Shown piece by piece: positions 54,512-64,000 of a DNA stretch of 64,000 nt; the first letter of the stretch is position 1, and every line of letters begins with the position of its first letter. The DNA is taken from positions 29,939,499-30,003,498 of the forward strand of contig NC_092676.1 in NCBI RefSeq assembly GCF_964355755.1, given 5' to 3'. Both the position numbers and the translations under genes were made by a program. Origin of the DNA: Antedon mediterranea. Taxonomy: Eukaryota; Animalia; Echinodermata. The notes under the pieces are model-generated. The model made no database searches, was not told the DNA's origin, and worked only from the letters and a program-made list of their open reading frames with translations.

Positions 54512-54637
54512 TGAGTTAAATAGTTGTTTTTTCAATATCTGTGTTGCATACTATAATATTTAACTCTTTTTATAATTAAAATCTGACTCAACTTGGTTGC
54601 CTGTTATTTTGTTTGTAACTTTTTAAAATGTATACAG

Positions 54638-54846
54638 GACCTTAAGTGCCAGCAACCTTGCCGCTTTGTCAGACAGTAATCTATCAATCACGAGAGCATT
54701 GCCGTTTAAAAGCTATGATAAACCAAACACGATGAGCAGTGCCCTCAAAGACCAATGGCAACGGCTAGTCAAGCGATATTATTTTCAAATAACCAATGGT
54801 TGTGGCAATGAGCAATGCAGAAATAAGTTTTGTGCTTCATGTAAAG
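54638..54846 (+). CDS. UBE3A: UBE3A exon 3 (AZUL zinc-binding domain: ..ALKDQWQRLVKRYYFQITNGCGNEQCRNKFCASCK)
   Basis: Matches human [31 protein letters not shown]. Confidence 0.85.
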
Positions 54847-55054
54847 GTATTTTGAAATTTATAATTTGTTTTCTCATTTCTGTTTTGATTTATTTAGATA
54901 GCATACAGGAATATTTAATAGAGACAAAAACAAACATGAAACTCATTTGCATGGTACAAGGGATAGCCTTCTAAATCCCCAAAAGGTAGTCCCCTTTATT
55001 TTATTAATAAGAAATAAACAATTGTTTTATCTAATTACATTCTGGTTTTCACAG

Positions 55055-55118
55055 ATCATGTGATTGTAAATGGAGGCAATGCTGTCATAGTTTGTATACA
55101 TCTTGCTTCCCATCAAAA
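55055..55118 (+). CDS. UBE3A: UBE3A exon 4 (DHVIVNGGNAVIVCIHLASHQ)
   Basis: Phase-compatible, acceptor cacag, donor gtaagt 55119. Confidence 0.6.
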
Positions 55119-55239
55119 GTAAGTGGAAGTATTTTGATTTTGCTGTACCTTTTTTATTTATAACTATATTATTAACTATTTAAAGCTCTCTCTACACTAT
55201 CAAACTTTATGTAGTAAAAAATTGTTTTGTTTTTCATAG

Positions 55240-55743
55240 GCAATATATTTGTTCATCAGAGAATTTGATTGGTTGTTCCTTGCCAAAAGATGTCTTCCAG
55301 CCAGAAGAAGGCCAATCAAAACCTTTCTTATATTCATTATACTCTTGTACACCATTTGCATCATTGTTTGTTGATAAAGGCAATCCAGATGAAACAGACT
55401 CTATTAGTCGAATGGATAAAAGAAACACTCTAAAAGCATCTAGTCTTGATAATGTTATATCCACCAATAAAAAACAGCAGTTCAAAGTTCAAGAAAGAGA
55501 TAAAAAATCATTGGCTGATCCAAGGCAGCTAGTGACCAACAAAACTGATGTCATTGACGTGCCTTCCCAGCATTCATCATCAACACAACGTCATGATGAG
55601 TTAAAAAATGAAGAACTTTTACCTAACAAATTAAAAAGCTTGTCCATTGATTTAAGCAAAGTTGGCGTGGGTACTATTTCAAATGTCCACTCTTCAATTG
55701 ACTTGGATCATCATCACCATGGCTACGATACGTTATCATTGAG
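55240..55743 (+). CDS. UBE3A: UBE3A exon 5: long low-complexity linker exon (KQYICSSENLIGCSLPKDVFQPEEGQSKPFLYSLYSCTPFASLFVDKGNPDETDS...IDLDHHHHGYDTLSL)
   Basis: 504-nt open frame between ag 55238-55239 and gtaagt 55744. Confidence 0.6.
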
Positions 55744-55852
55744 GTAAGTAATATTACAATATAAATATATTATTTATAAATTTGGACAAATAAAAATAAT
55801 ATACAGTAGTTATACCTTAATTATGTTTATATATATTTTTTTTACTATTTAG

Positions 55853-56105
55853 GTCTGTTAGTGACCACCAGCTTCCTAATAGATACCATACTAATTTATC
55901 ATGTTCTCAAGTTAGTCTACACTCAAATCAATCATTAAGTTCTCTCTCCAACACGTTACCTTTTACTCAAAGTCCAATACCAAGCCATGAAGCTTTAGTG
56001 GAGACGGAAGACTTAGTTGCCTTTGAACGATCGTTGTCCTGTGAAATGTCGCTAGAAATACCATCCGAGTTTTCACTGACACACTTGACCTTTGACATGT
56101 TACAG
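55853..56105 (+). CDS. UBE3A: UBE3A exon 6 (RSVSDHQLPNRYHTNLSCSQVSLHSNQSLSSLSNTLPFTQSPIPSHEALVETEDLVAFERSLSCEMSLEIPSEFSLTHLTFDMLQ)
   Basis: Open 253-nt exon, acceptor ctatttag, donor gtactg. Confidence 0.6.
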
Positions 56106-56410
56106 GTACTGTATGTAGTATAGATTTCCAATGTTACTTAGTATATATTAGTATTGTTAGTGATTGGTGTACATTCTTAAACAATCGACTAGATTAGTAA
56201 CAATTAGTGAATTTTATTTTATATATTTTACATATACTCTACCAATACTCTCTGAAATTCTCCCAAAACCTGCTTGACATCCCAAATCTCTTTATTACAT
56301 TTACCAGAATTTATGGAATATCATTAACAATTCTGTACCAGAATTTATGGAAAACCAGACAAGATATGGTGGTATACTGTACTAATGTTGACTGGATATT
56401 TATTTCTTAG

Positions 56411-56512
56411 GCACCTGTTGATCACTATAAGCTATGTTCTGATCCATCATTCCTGATCAACACAATAAGAACTGTGTTCACTTCATCAGATGCTCTCAAT
56501 TCCAGCTTCCTT
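56411..56512 (+). CDS. UBE3A: UBE3A exon 7 (APVDHYKLCSDPSFLINTIRTVFTSSDALNSSFL)
   Basis: Phase 0-0, acceptor tttcttag, donor gtaagt. Confidence 0.65.
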
Positions 56513-56535
56513 GTAAGTTTTTTGTTATGTATTGT

Positions 56536-56665
56536 AAAGCTCTGTCTAAACTACCAAACTTTAGTATGACAAAAAATGTGATGTGCCCATATATGGACAT
56601 GTTGATGTCCATATTTCAGCACAGCACACTTTTTTGTCAAACTAGTTTCATAGTGTAGACAGCTT
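56536..56665. mobile_element. MITE family copy in UBE3A intron 7
   Basis: aaagctctgtctaaactaccaaac...tttcatagtgtagacagctt. Confidence 0.8.
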
Positions 56666-56733
56666 AATGGTTACTGTATATAAAAGGGTGATAAGAACAA
56701 ATTAACTGATGTTTTTTATCTATTTTTATGAAG

Positions 56734-56907
56734 GTAAAAGAAGATGACTTTAGTAGTGGGGTTGACCTGGAAGCAGTTAGTAAAGCATATGACCTTTTGT
56801 TGAATCTTTATCCATGCGATGTCTTTCAGTCAACAATGAATAATTCACTTGAGATTCTTATGTCTTCTATCCATCCTGCATCTGTTCAAAATGATGATAT
56901 TAATCAG
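56734..56907 (+). CDS. UBE3A: UBE3A exon 8 (VKEDDFSSGVDLEAVSKAYDLLLNLYPCDVFQSTMNNSLEILMSSIHPASVQNDDINQ)
   Basis: Phase 0-0, donor gtaaaa 56908. Confidence 0.65.
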
Positions 56908-56980
56908 GTAAAAAAACTCACAAAATAATAAACATTTAAACCAAACAGTGAAAGTGTAAATCTAAGCAAATAAATGTATA

Positions 56981-57147
56981 AAGCCCTTTCTACACTATCA
57001 AACTAGTTTGACAAAAAAAAGTGTGATGTGCCCAAATATGGTAGTGATATGCTTAAATATGGTAGTGATATGACATCATCATGTCCATATATATGTGCAC
57101 ATCACACTTTTCTTGTCACATAAAGTTTGATAGTGTAGACAGAGCTT
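56981..57147. mobile_element. MITE family copy in UBE3A intron 8
   Basis: aagccctttctacactatcaaactagtttgacaaaaaaaagtgtgatgtgcccaaatatggtagtgatatg...cacataaagtttgatagtgtagacagagctt. Confidence 0.85.
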
Positions 57148-57185
57148 AACAATGTTATCACTATATAATCTATTTTTAGTTTCAG

Positions 57186-57379
57186 ATATTGCTTGCAAAT
57201 CCCTTATTTGTTAGTAACCATGAACTATTATGCAAATTGTCTGCAATATTGGGGGCTCTGTCTACATCTACGAAGAATGCTTTAGTGAAAATATTAAGCA
57301 CCTATGAACGAACGAGCTTCCAAAAACTGATCACCATGTTTAAGACTCATTTATCTGCAATGCTGCATCCACAACAAGG
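57186..57379 (+). CDS. UBE3A: UBE3A exon 9 (ILLANPLFVSNHELLCKLSAILGALSTSTKNALVKILSTYERTSFQKLITMFKTHLSAMLHPQQ)
   Basis: Matches human ..ADQIRRMMETFQQLITYKV. Confidence 0.7.
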
Positions 57380-57539
57380 GTTTGTAAGATTCAACGTTTA
57401 CTTGTGGAGGGTGTTGGCAATTTAGTAAAATTGTATTCACCATAAAATAATATGTGTTAAGATCCTGCTAACATATGGTTTTATTCTATTAAGGTCAGAT
57501 GAAACAAAGTCAGCTTGTGTTTTTTTAATTTATTTACAG

Positions 57540-57656
57540 TTCTGAGGACAATCTAATTGATGTTGCAGAAGTTCTTGAAATCCTTTATGACGCCAACACA
57601 TTATCTGAAAAGACCTTAGCATCATGTGAACAATTTTACTCTGACGAAGTATCAAG
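57540..57656 (+). CDS. UBE3A: UBE3A exon 10 (GSEDNLIDVAEVLEILYDANTLSEKTLASCEQFYSDEVS)
   Basis: Matches human [20 protein letters not shown]..; acceptor tttacag, donor gtaaat. Confidence 0.7.
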
Positions 57657-58071
57657 GTAAATTAAGGAACTTCATGGTATTCACCATTTATTGTACCTAC
57701 TGTATGGTAGAATACCGTAAGCACTAAGTCAGTCAAGAAGATACATCTAACTCACTCTTAATACTTTATATTAAATTGATAACTTTATTTAGAATCATTA
57801 ATGATATTATATTGATGTTGCAAAAGTTCTTGATATCCTTTATGATGGCAACACACTATCTGAATTGAGAAACTTTAAGTCAGTCAAGAAGATACATCTA
57901 ACTAACTAAATGAATACAACATACAAGATAAATTTATTGTCAAATAATTCAACGAAAGATTTGGTTTTTCTCATGGCAACTTAATATAACAATAGAATAA
58001 AATCATTAAAATGTTTAGAACACAAAGTAAAATAAACAGTACAGTATGATTGTTTTTTATTTTGAAAATAG

Positions 58072-58177
58072 AAATCTTGATTACAAAACGGAATATAATA
58101 AGTGGAGGCTAAGCCAAGAAAGCAAGTCAGTAAGAAGCAAGTCTTTACTCAACTATCCATTTCTTCTTAATCCAGCA
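58072..58177 (+). CDS. UBE3A: UBE3A exon 11 (RNLDYKTEYNKWRLSQESKSVRSKSLLNYPFLLNPA)
   Basis: 3' part matches human KFSFMTCPFILNAV; the acceptor position is uncertain (three candidates: 58072, about 58100, about 58112), the donor gtaagt is firm. Confidence 0.5.
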
Positions 58178-58261
58178 GTAAGTCACTGTATTCATTAAAT
58201 AAACTTGTACTTGTTTTCATTATTTTCGTAGGGATTAACCGATTCTGTATTTGTGTTTTTA

Positions 58262-58339
58262 GTCCAAAGTACTTGTTCTCCATTTTGATGCTGTCATTCA
58301 GATGAGAAAGGAATATCAGTCTGCTATTTTACATCAAGC
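58262..58339 (+). CDS. UBE3A: UBE3A exon 12 (SKVLVLHFDAVIQMRKEYQSAILHQA)
   Basis: Matches human [28 protein letters not shown]. Confidence 0.75.
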
Positions 58340-58867
58340 AGTGAGTTACTTAAATCAAACTTAGTCTATGCTTGAAAAAATATCCACTTTTATCCAGCTG
58401 CCTTTCAGGCACTGAATGCTTGTCAGTATACCATGAGTGATGGAGTGTAAAGTGATGTGACACTTTGAGCACATTTGGACGGAATAAATTTACATGTGTA
58501 ATGGTCGCGTGTGGTGTAAATTGCTGTTGCTTTTACACCTTAAACTGCAAGCTGATTAACCGCAAGATAAGGAGCAATTTGACCTTATGCATGAAATATG
58601 ACCCTGCTGGGTATTTTTTTGTTAGTTTACACGTGTTTATTGGTCATCGTCCGAACGATCACTAATTATACATGTAAAGTTACACATGTAACTGATTTTA
58701 CGTCCGAACACAGCCTAAGTTGTTGTTCTTGTTAGTTTTTCATTTCATAATTTCTATATATTTTAAATGCAAATGACAATAAATGGAAGTAATTTTTTCA
58801 TTGATGAATGAACAAAATTCATCCATAAATGATTTTGTTTGTGTAAAATCCAATTATGTTTTTATAG

Positions 58868-59071
58868 CGTGTAAACCAAGCGCAGAAATACATTCAAGAA
58901 GGAAGTCGTTTTAAGAACATCTCAGACAGCGTTAAGTCAGCCATCTGTCCCTTTCTGGTGCTAGAAATTCGTAGGGATCATCTTATAGCAGACACCATGG
59001 CTCAAATCAGAGGCAAACAAGTTGACCTTAAGAAACCGCTTAAAATTAAGTACATAGGCGGTGGTGAGCAG
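58868..59071 (+). CDS. UBE3A: UBE3A exon 13 (start of the HECT domain: RVNQAQKYIQEGSRFKNISDSVKSAICPFLVLEIRRDHLIADTMAQIRGKQVDLKKPLKIKYIGGGEQ)
   Basis: Matches human [44 protein letters not shown]. Confidence 0.85.
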
Positions 59072-59270
59072 GTATGTGTAAGATTTTGTGTATCAAATAT
59101 GAATCATATTATTTGTTTTGTTTATACAGTGTATTTAGGCAAACTGCCAATGATAACCATAAAGTGAGATCATTCCACTATCTTTCTTAAAGTTGGAAAT
59201 CCTGTTCACTAGACAAACATATACACAAGATGCTTTACATACTGTAAACACAGACTTATTACAAGTCTTT

Positions 59271-59385
59271 GGGAGTGGAGTTGTAATTTGTCATTAGAAA
59301 AAATCTTGGCACTGACAGCATTTAAACACCAGAACCTTAGATTGGTAGCCAAGCATCATAACGACTCTACATTTGTTAAAAAAAT
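59271..59385 (-). mobile_element. Fragment of the tRNA-derived SINE in minus orientation in a UBE3A intron
   Basis: gggagtggagttgtaatttgtcattagaa..ccttagattggtagccaagcatc is the reverse complement of the SINE body. Confidence 0.65.
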
Positions 59386-59428
59386 CATATACGCTTATAT
59401 CAAAATAAATAAATTTAATTGGCTGTAG

Positions 59429-59546
59429 GGATTGGACATGGGAGGCTTGCAAAAGGAGTTTTTTCAATTGCTGACAGCGTCAATCTTTGAGCCTAGCTAT
59501 GGCATGTTTCTAGAGACTGACGAAACCAGGCTTTTGTGGATAAATG
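59429..59546 (+). CDS. UBE3A: UBE3A exon 14 (GLDMGGLQKEFFQLLTASIFEPSYGMFLETDETRLLWIN)
   Basis: Matches human [39 protein letters not shown]. Confidence 0.85.
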
Positions 59547-59755
59547 GTGAGGTTTTATTTTCTTTTCTTTCTACTTGTTACTTTGGCTAATCAAATCAAA
59601 TATTTATTTGTTCCATATAAAAAAATGTGAACACTGGAAAAATTGTTTTCCTCGACAGAACAAAAAATTCACAATCATCATACATTAGATAAAATTACAA
59701 TTGGGACCCATCAATGAATGATAAAATTAGCCCCGAGTTTATAATTTTATTTTAG

Positions 59756-59991
59756 GTGGATCTTTAGAATCAGACGATGAATTTGAATTAGTTGGAATCA
59801 TCCTAGGCCTAGCAATCTACAATGGTATAATACTTGACGTCCACTTTCCGAACCTGATCTATAAGAAGCTTCATGGTGTCAAGCTAAGCCTAGAAGATCT
59901 GAAAGAAGTCCAGCCTACATTAGCCAAAAGCCTGCAAGAGTTACTAGAGTTTGATGGTGATGTTGAAGAAGTGTTCTGTCAGACATTTCAG
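59756..59991 (+). CDS. UBE3A: UBE3A exon 15 (GGSLESDDEFELVGIILGLAIYNGIILDVHFPNLIYKKLHGVKLSLEDLKEVQPTLAKSLQELLEFDGDVEEVFCQTFQ)
   Basis: Matches human ..[70 protein letters not shown]. Confidence 0.9.
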
Positions 59992-60197
59992 GTAATGTGA
60001 TTTTTATTATGTTTTGTCCACAAAGTGATGGCTGTATTGTATGTTAATTATTGTAGCGATGTTGGTTGTTGAAAGCTTTGTCTACACTATCAAAATTTAT
60101 GTGACAAAAAATGTGATTTAGATTATGTTTTGATGGCTGTATGATAATTATTGTATCTATGTTTGTTGTTGACATCTTTCTCACAGATTCTTATTTT

Positions 60198-60310
60198 AAA
60201 ACTCCATCTACACTATCAAACTTTATGTGACAAAAAAATGTTATGTGCCCATATATGGATACGATGATGCTATATCACACTTTTTTTGTCAAACTAGTAG
60301 ACATAGCTTT
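60198..60310. mobile_element. MITE family copy in UBE3A intron 15 (a partial copy also lies at 60072-60120)
   Basis: ctccatctacactatcaaactttatgtgacaaaaaaatgttatgtgcccatatatgg...gtcaaactagtagacatagcttta. Confidence 0.8.
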
Positions 60311-60363
60311 ATCCTTTCCAGCCACAGATTATTAATTAAATGAACTTAACATTTTTTTTACAG

Positions 60364-60441
60364 ATTTCCATAAACTGCTTTAGTCAGGTGATCACAGTTG
60401 ATCTTATTCCAAATGGTTCACAGGTGCCGGTTACAAGCAAG
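60364..60441 (+). CDS. UBE3A: UBE3A exon 16 (ISINCFSQVITVDLIPNGSQVPVTSK)
   Basis: Matches human [27 protein letters not shown]. Confidence 0.8.
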
Positions 60442-60629
60442 GTAAGAAATTACTTTTTAAATTTTTTTAATTTTTATTCGCCAATAACAGGAGGGTAACA
60501 TTTTTAATTACTGTATTTGTAATTCTTTGTGTCCATATATGGGTACATCATATAAATAGGCTGTTCTAAAGTGAATACCAGGAATTGTTTTTACAAGGCC
60601 TTGTATCTTTAAGTTGTTTTTTTTTTCAG

Positions 60630-60698
60630 AACCGACAAATTTATGTTGATTGTTATGTCCAGTACTTTCTTACAACCAGTGTGTCAAAGCAATTTGAG
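60630..60698 (+). CDS. UBE3A: UBE3A exon 17 (NRQIYVDCYVQYFLTTSVSKQFE)
   Basis: Matches human [23 protein letters not shown]. Confidence 0.85.
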
Positions 60699-60861
60699 GT
60701 ACATTCTCTTTCAGTTCTGTTTGTGTAATTTTGTTTCTGTAATTATCCTCTCCTCATATTGCATGGAATATTTTAGATACTAATGGTAGTAACATTTTAA
60801 ATGTTGTTAAACATTGTACAACATTTATTAATATATTATGTTTTGGTTGTTTTTTTATCAG

Positions 60862-61010
60862 GCCTTTTCTCATGGTTTTCACTTGATGTGTGGTGGTCCC
60901 GCATTGAAACTGTTTCAAGCTGAGGAAACAGAACTACTTGTGTGTGGTAATCCTGACTTAGATTTCATAGCTCTAGAATCTTGTACTACATATGAAGATG
61001 GCTTCACCAG
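60862..61010 (+). CDS. UBE3A: UBE3A exon 18 (AFSHGFHLMCGGPALKLFQAEETELLVCGNPDLDFIALESCTTYEDGFT)
   Basis: Matches human [50 protein letters not shown]. Confidence 0.9.
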
Positions 61011-61444
61011 GTTAGCTTGAATAAATTGATAGTTGAAATGAGGTTTTGGCCCTCCCCACAGAACATTGCAAAATGTTCAATTTAAAAGTTGAGTTTCTGC
61101 TATTCTTTTAAAATTATGGTGATAAAATTGAGTACCACCACCACTATATTTAACCAGCTTTAAAAAACTCACCTTTTCAACAAATATGTCGATAAACCAT
61201 ATTCAATTCAGTTGAGATCCATTTATATTTTATGGTCTGTCACTCATTTTTATTTCTCTTTTTTATTTATTTCATGGATTACTTTTATTTTTATGAAGGA
61301 CATAGAGGCTTTATGCATTATGCGCTTAAAAGTCCAAATTTATTGTTGTTGTTAATATTATTATTTAAGTTACTTATTCTTACATAATAAGGCTCAATTT
61401 TGTATTGTTTTGTTATGAATTTGGTTGTATACATTTTTCCCCAG

Positions 61445-61541
61445 ACACCATCGAACTATTAAAGCTTTCTGGAGTGTTGTTCACAGCTTAGATGAAACAC
61501 AGAAAAAGAAGTTGCTGAATTTTATAACTGGAAGTGACAGG
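61445..61541 (+). CDS. UBE3A: UBE3A exon 19 (RHHRTIKAFWSVVHSLDETQKKKLLNFITGSDR)
   Basis: Matches human [33 protein letters not shown]. Confidence 0.85.
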
Positions 61542-61867
61542 GTAAGGTTTTCTATCTCTATTTATTTTGAGTAAAATAATAACTAAAAATCTGGTTTCCA
61601 TATAGCAAGTAGGGCGACATTGGACAATGTAGTCAATGGTATGTCTCCTAATACTTAAATTTATTATTATTTGTCTGTGATAGAATAAACCTATTGGGAC
61701 AGGTGTATTTTTCATTTCATTTGTCGTAAATGAGTTGAAAACATATTGCAAAGCAAATGTGTGTATGTGCATTTCATGACAATATAACAATAATAAACTG
61801 AACAACTAAACCGCCCAGTGATATGTTGAAAATGAATTGATTAATTTAGAAACGATAACGATGAGGG

Positions 61868-62013
61868 AAGCTCTATCAAACTAATTTGACAAAAAAAGTA
61901 TTATGTGTCCAAATATGGTAGTAATATGACCAAAGATGGTTGTGATATGGTCCATAACATGGCACATCACATTTTTTTTGTCACATAAAGTTTGATAGTG
62001 TAGACAGAACTTA
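61868..62013. mobile_element. MITE family copy in UBE3A intron 19
   Basis: aagctctatcaaactaatttgacaaaaaaagtattatgtgtccaaatatggtagtaatatg...cacataaagtttgatagtgtagacagaactt. Confidence 0.8.
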
Positions 62014-62256
62014 AGAATGAGAAACTGCATTGTAAATTCATTTTTTGTAATGACCTTATTTATTTTATATACTTATATAATTATATACAAATATATTTTT
62101 GTCTCGTCGTTTATGGGTGACAAGAAATCTCTTCTTGCAAGATCCTCTATTAATGGTATTTTGTATTTTCTCATTATAAATGACCACTCTTTTTTATTGC
62201 ATTGCTTTTACCATTGATAGAAACTAATAAATGTTGAATCATTATTATTATTTCAG

Positions 62257-62442
62257 GTGCCTGTAAAGGGGTTATCAAGTCTTCCAATAGTGATCCAACG
62301 ACATGGACCAGATAGTGACCGCCTTCCTACTGCTATGACGTGCTTTAATCGTCTGCTTCTTCCATCTTACGCTTCCAAAGACAAACTCAGAAATCGTTTA
62401 ACAATTGCACTGGAAAATGGAAAAGGCTTTGGCCTTACATAA
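62257..62442 (+). CDS. UBE3A: UBE3A terminal exon (VPVKGLSSLPIVIQRHGPDSDRLPTAMTCFNRLLLPSYASKDKLRNRLTIALENGKGFGLT*; catalytic Cys in TCFN)
   Basis: Matches human [61 protein letters not shown]; stop TAA 62440-62442. Confidence 0.9.
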   Translation: MPVKGLSSLPIVIQRHGPDSDRLPTAMTCFNRLLLPSYASKDKLRNRLTIALENGKGFGLT

Positions 62443-63135
62443 CTATCAATTATAATAGTTATAGAGTTGATATACAAATAGCATATGGCAAATACATGTT
62501 TATACAGCCGAAATGAATTAAACAAAAAAAAAAAGAAAAAAGTCTTATACAATCCACTACTTATCTATTGTATATCAAATGTATGGAAATGTTTTATTTT
62601 TTATATTAATGAAATGTATTTATTTTGTATTGATTGCAATAAAAAACAGTTTATAGAAATGATTTTAAATGTGTTCTTTGTATTGCTAATTATAAATAAT
62701 TGATAATAACAAAACATTCATCAAAACTGTGAAATTTAGAAGACTTTATTAGCAACTCATCTATTTTTACTATCATTCGTTGATGAAGTTTTGAAGCCCC
62801 GCCTCCATGACTAAAGCCTCCCTGGCTTTCTATAAAACTTGTAAAATGAAAAATAATTCACCGTATTCGTCGGGTCAGTTAAATTTGTCAATATAATTTT
62901 AAACGCGTTTTATTAGTCAAACGTTACACTGCTTCGTTATTTTAGCATAGAGTGTGCTGCCTTTGTTGACGCGAAAACAATATGTTTGACGTATATGAGC
63001 AGACTGCGCTTTCACACGCATAACTCTCAAATGATCTGTTTACATGTGAAACGGCGGTTTACTTAAAAATGTTTTTTTGTTTGCAGTTACTTAGCTATTT
63101 ATTTTACCAAAATACTTTATCTTGTATTGGTTATA

Positions 63136-63399
63136 ATGTCGTATAAGCCCTCTAGAGTGTATGCATCGCTTTTAGACCAGTCAAATACCCCTACTAATAA
63201 TAAAAATCAAGGTAATCCTAGGCCTAAAACGTCAACAGAAATCGAGGTGACAGCGACAGCAGAAGCCAGGCAAGTGCCGAATAGAGCCAATGTAACCGTG
63301 GTTGTTAGTAGTCGTAAAGAGGTAGCTGCTGAGGCTAAGAACAGTGTGGCAAGACGAACAGATTATATTTTTCAAGCTCTACATACATTCCAAGTAAAG
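63136..63399 (+). CDS. First coding exon of an unidentified gene (MSYKPSRVYASLLDQSNTPTNNKNQGNPRPKTSTEIEVTATAEARQVPNRANVTVVVSSRKEVAAEAKNSVARRTDYIFQALHTFQVK)
   Basis: ATG 63136 in an open frame; donor gtatat at 63400 (alternative gtaaag at 63394). Confidence 0.35.
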
Positions 63400-63525
63400 G
63401 TATATATAGCTTAACCGTTCGTTCACACATTTTCCATATTATTACATTACATATTTTACATTACATATTTTACATTTGCACAAATACAAATAGGTTTATG
63501 CCCTTTTTATTACAATTTTTTGTAG

Positions 63526-63722
63526 GAAGGAGATGTTTCAAGAACTGATTCATTACAAAGAGAGGATGGCTTGTATGTAATGACTACGGAACTTTTAGTC
63601 ACATTTGTAGACATTGAGAAATGCTTAGCTGTTACTAATCTTCTGGTAGAAAAGTTAGATGATTCTGTTATTATAACTCAACCAGAATTTCACCATACAC
63701 CTCACAGTGTAGAAGAACTAAG
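63526..63722 (+). CDS. Second exon of the unidentified gene (EGDVSRTDSLQREDGLYVMTTELLVTFVDIEKCLAVTNLLVEKLDDSVIITQPEFHHTPHSVEEL)
   Basis: Acceptor ttttttgtag 63516-63525, donor gtcagt 63723; open frame in phase with exon 1. Confidence 0.35.
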
Positions 63723-64000
63723 GTCAGTTATAAATACAATAAGTACATAATAATTTCAAACTCTAACCCATCTTGTTTAAGCTCTGAACCCCAATTAGAA
63801 ACTTTCATGCAAAATAGACTGTGTGCCTCATCACTATATTTTGATCCTCTTGAATAAATAACTAAATTTGATTACATTTTATAAAAGAGTGCACTTTTAC
63901 ATGAATTTGTACAATTACCATTTGATATTGAATTTAAATGTTTCTTTTTGAATCCTAGAAAACAAGTTTTAATAAAAGCAGTCTCCAACTGTCGCCAAAA

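Noticed and set aside
1-64000. Prokaryotic defence or other operon-style system
   Set aside because: No prokaryotic gene organisation. Every long ORF is either a eukaryotic exon, a LINE ORF or a repeat artefact.

Overview
This window is eukaryotic nuclear DNA: AT-rich, with spliceosomal GT-AG introns and metazoan gene content. It is not prokaryotic, so no CRISPR array or defence island is expected and none is seen. By homology I recognise five protein-coding genes, two intact and the rest interrupted by many introns. PPIL4 (+, 550-5899, 12 coding exons) sits tail-to-tail with a uronyl 2-sulfotransferase UST ortholog (-, 6641-12856, 8 exons). After an intronless orphan class-A GPCR (+, 13855-14775) comes a ~6.4 kb gene-free block bounded by inverted repeats, containing nested foldback transposons and a 1.6 kb 121-bp satellite. 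Next is a near-intact ~4.5 kb LINE (L1-like ORF1 plus an EN/RT ORF2 with a single frameshift), immediately upstream of vault PARP4 (+, 27830-52333, about 46 exons, satellite-laden introns). UBE3A/E6AP (+, 54087-62442, 20 exons) follows, then the 5' end of an unidentified gene (63136-). The strongest findings are two foldback-type DNA transposons with target-site duplications nested inside other repeats, a hairpin MITE family with about 13 copies, and a tRNA-derived SINE family. PARP4 itself shows tandem exon-module amplification, a tandem array that replicates a splice donor, and a duplication across its stop codon. PPIL4-UST linkage appears conserved with human 6q25.1. All coordinates were read by hand from the sequence and may be off by 1-3 bp.
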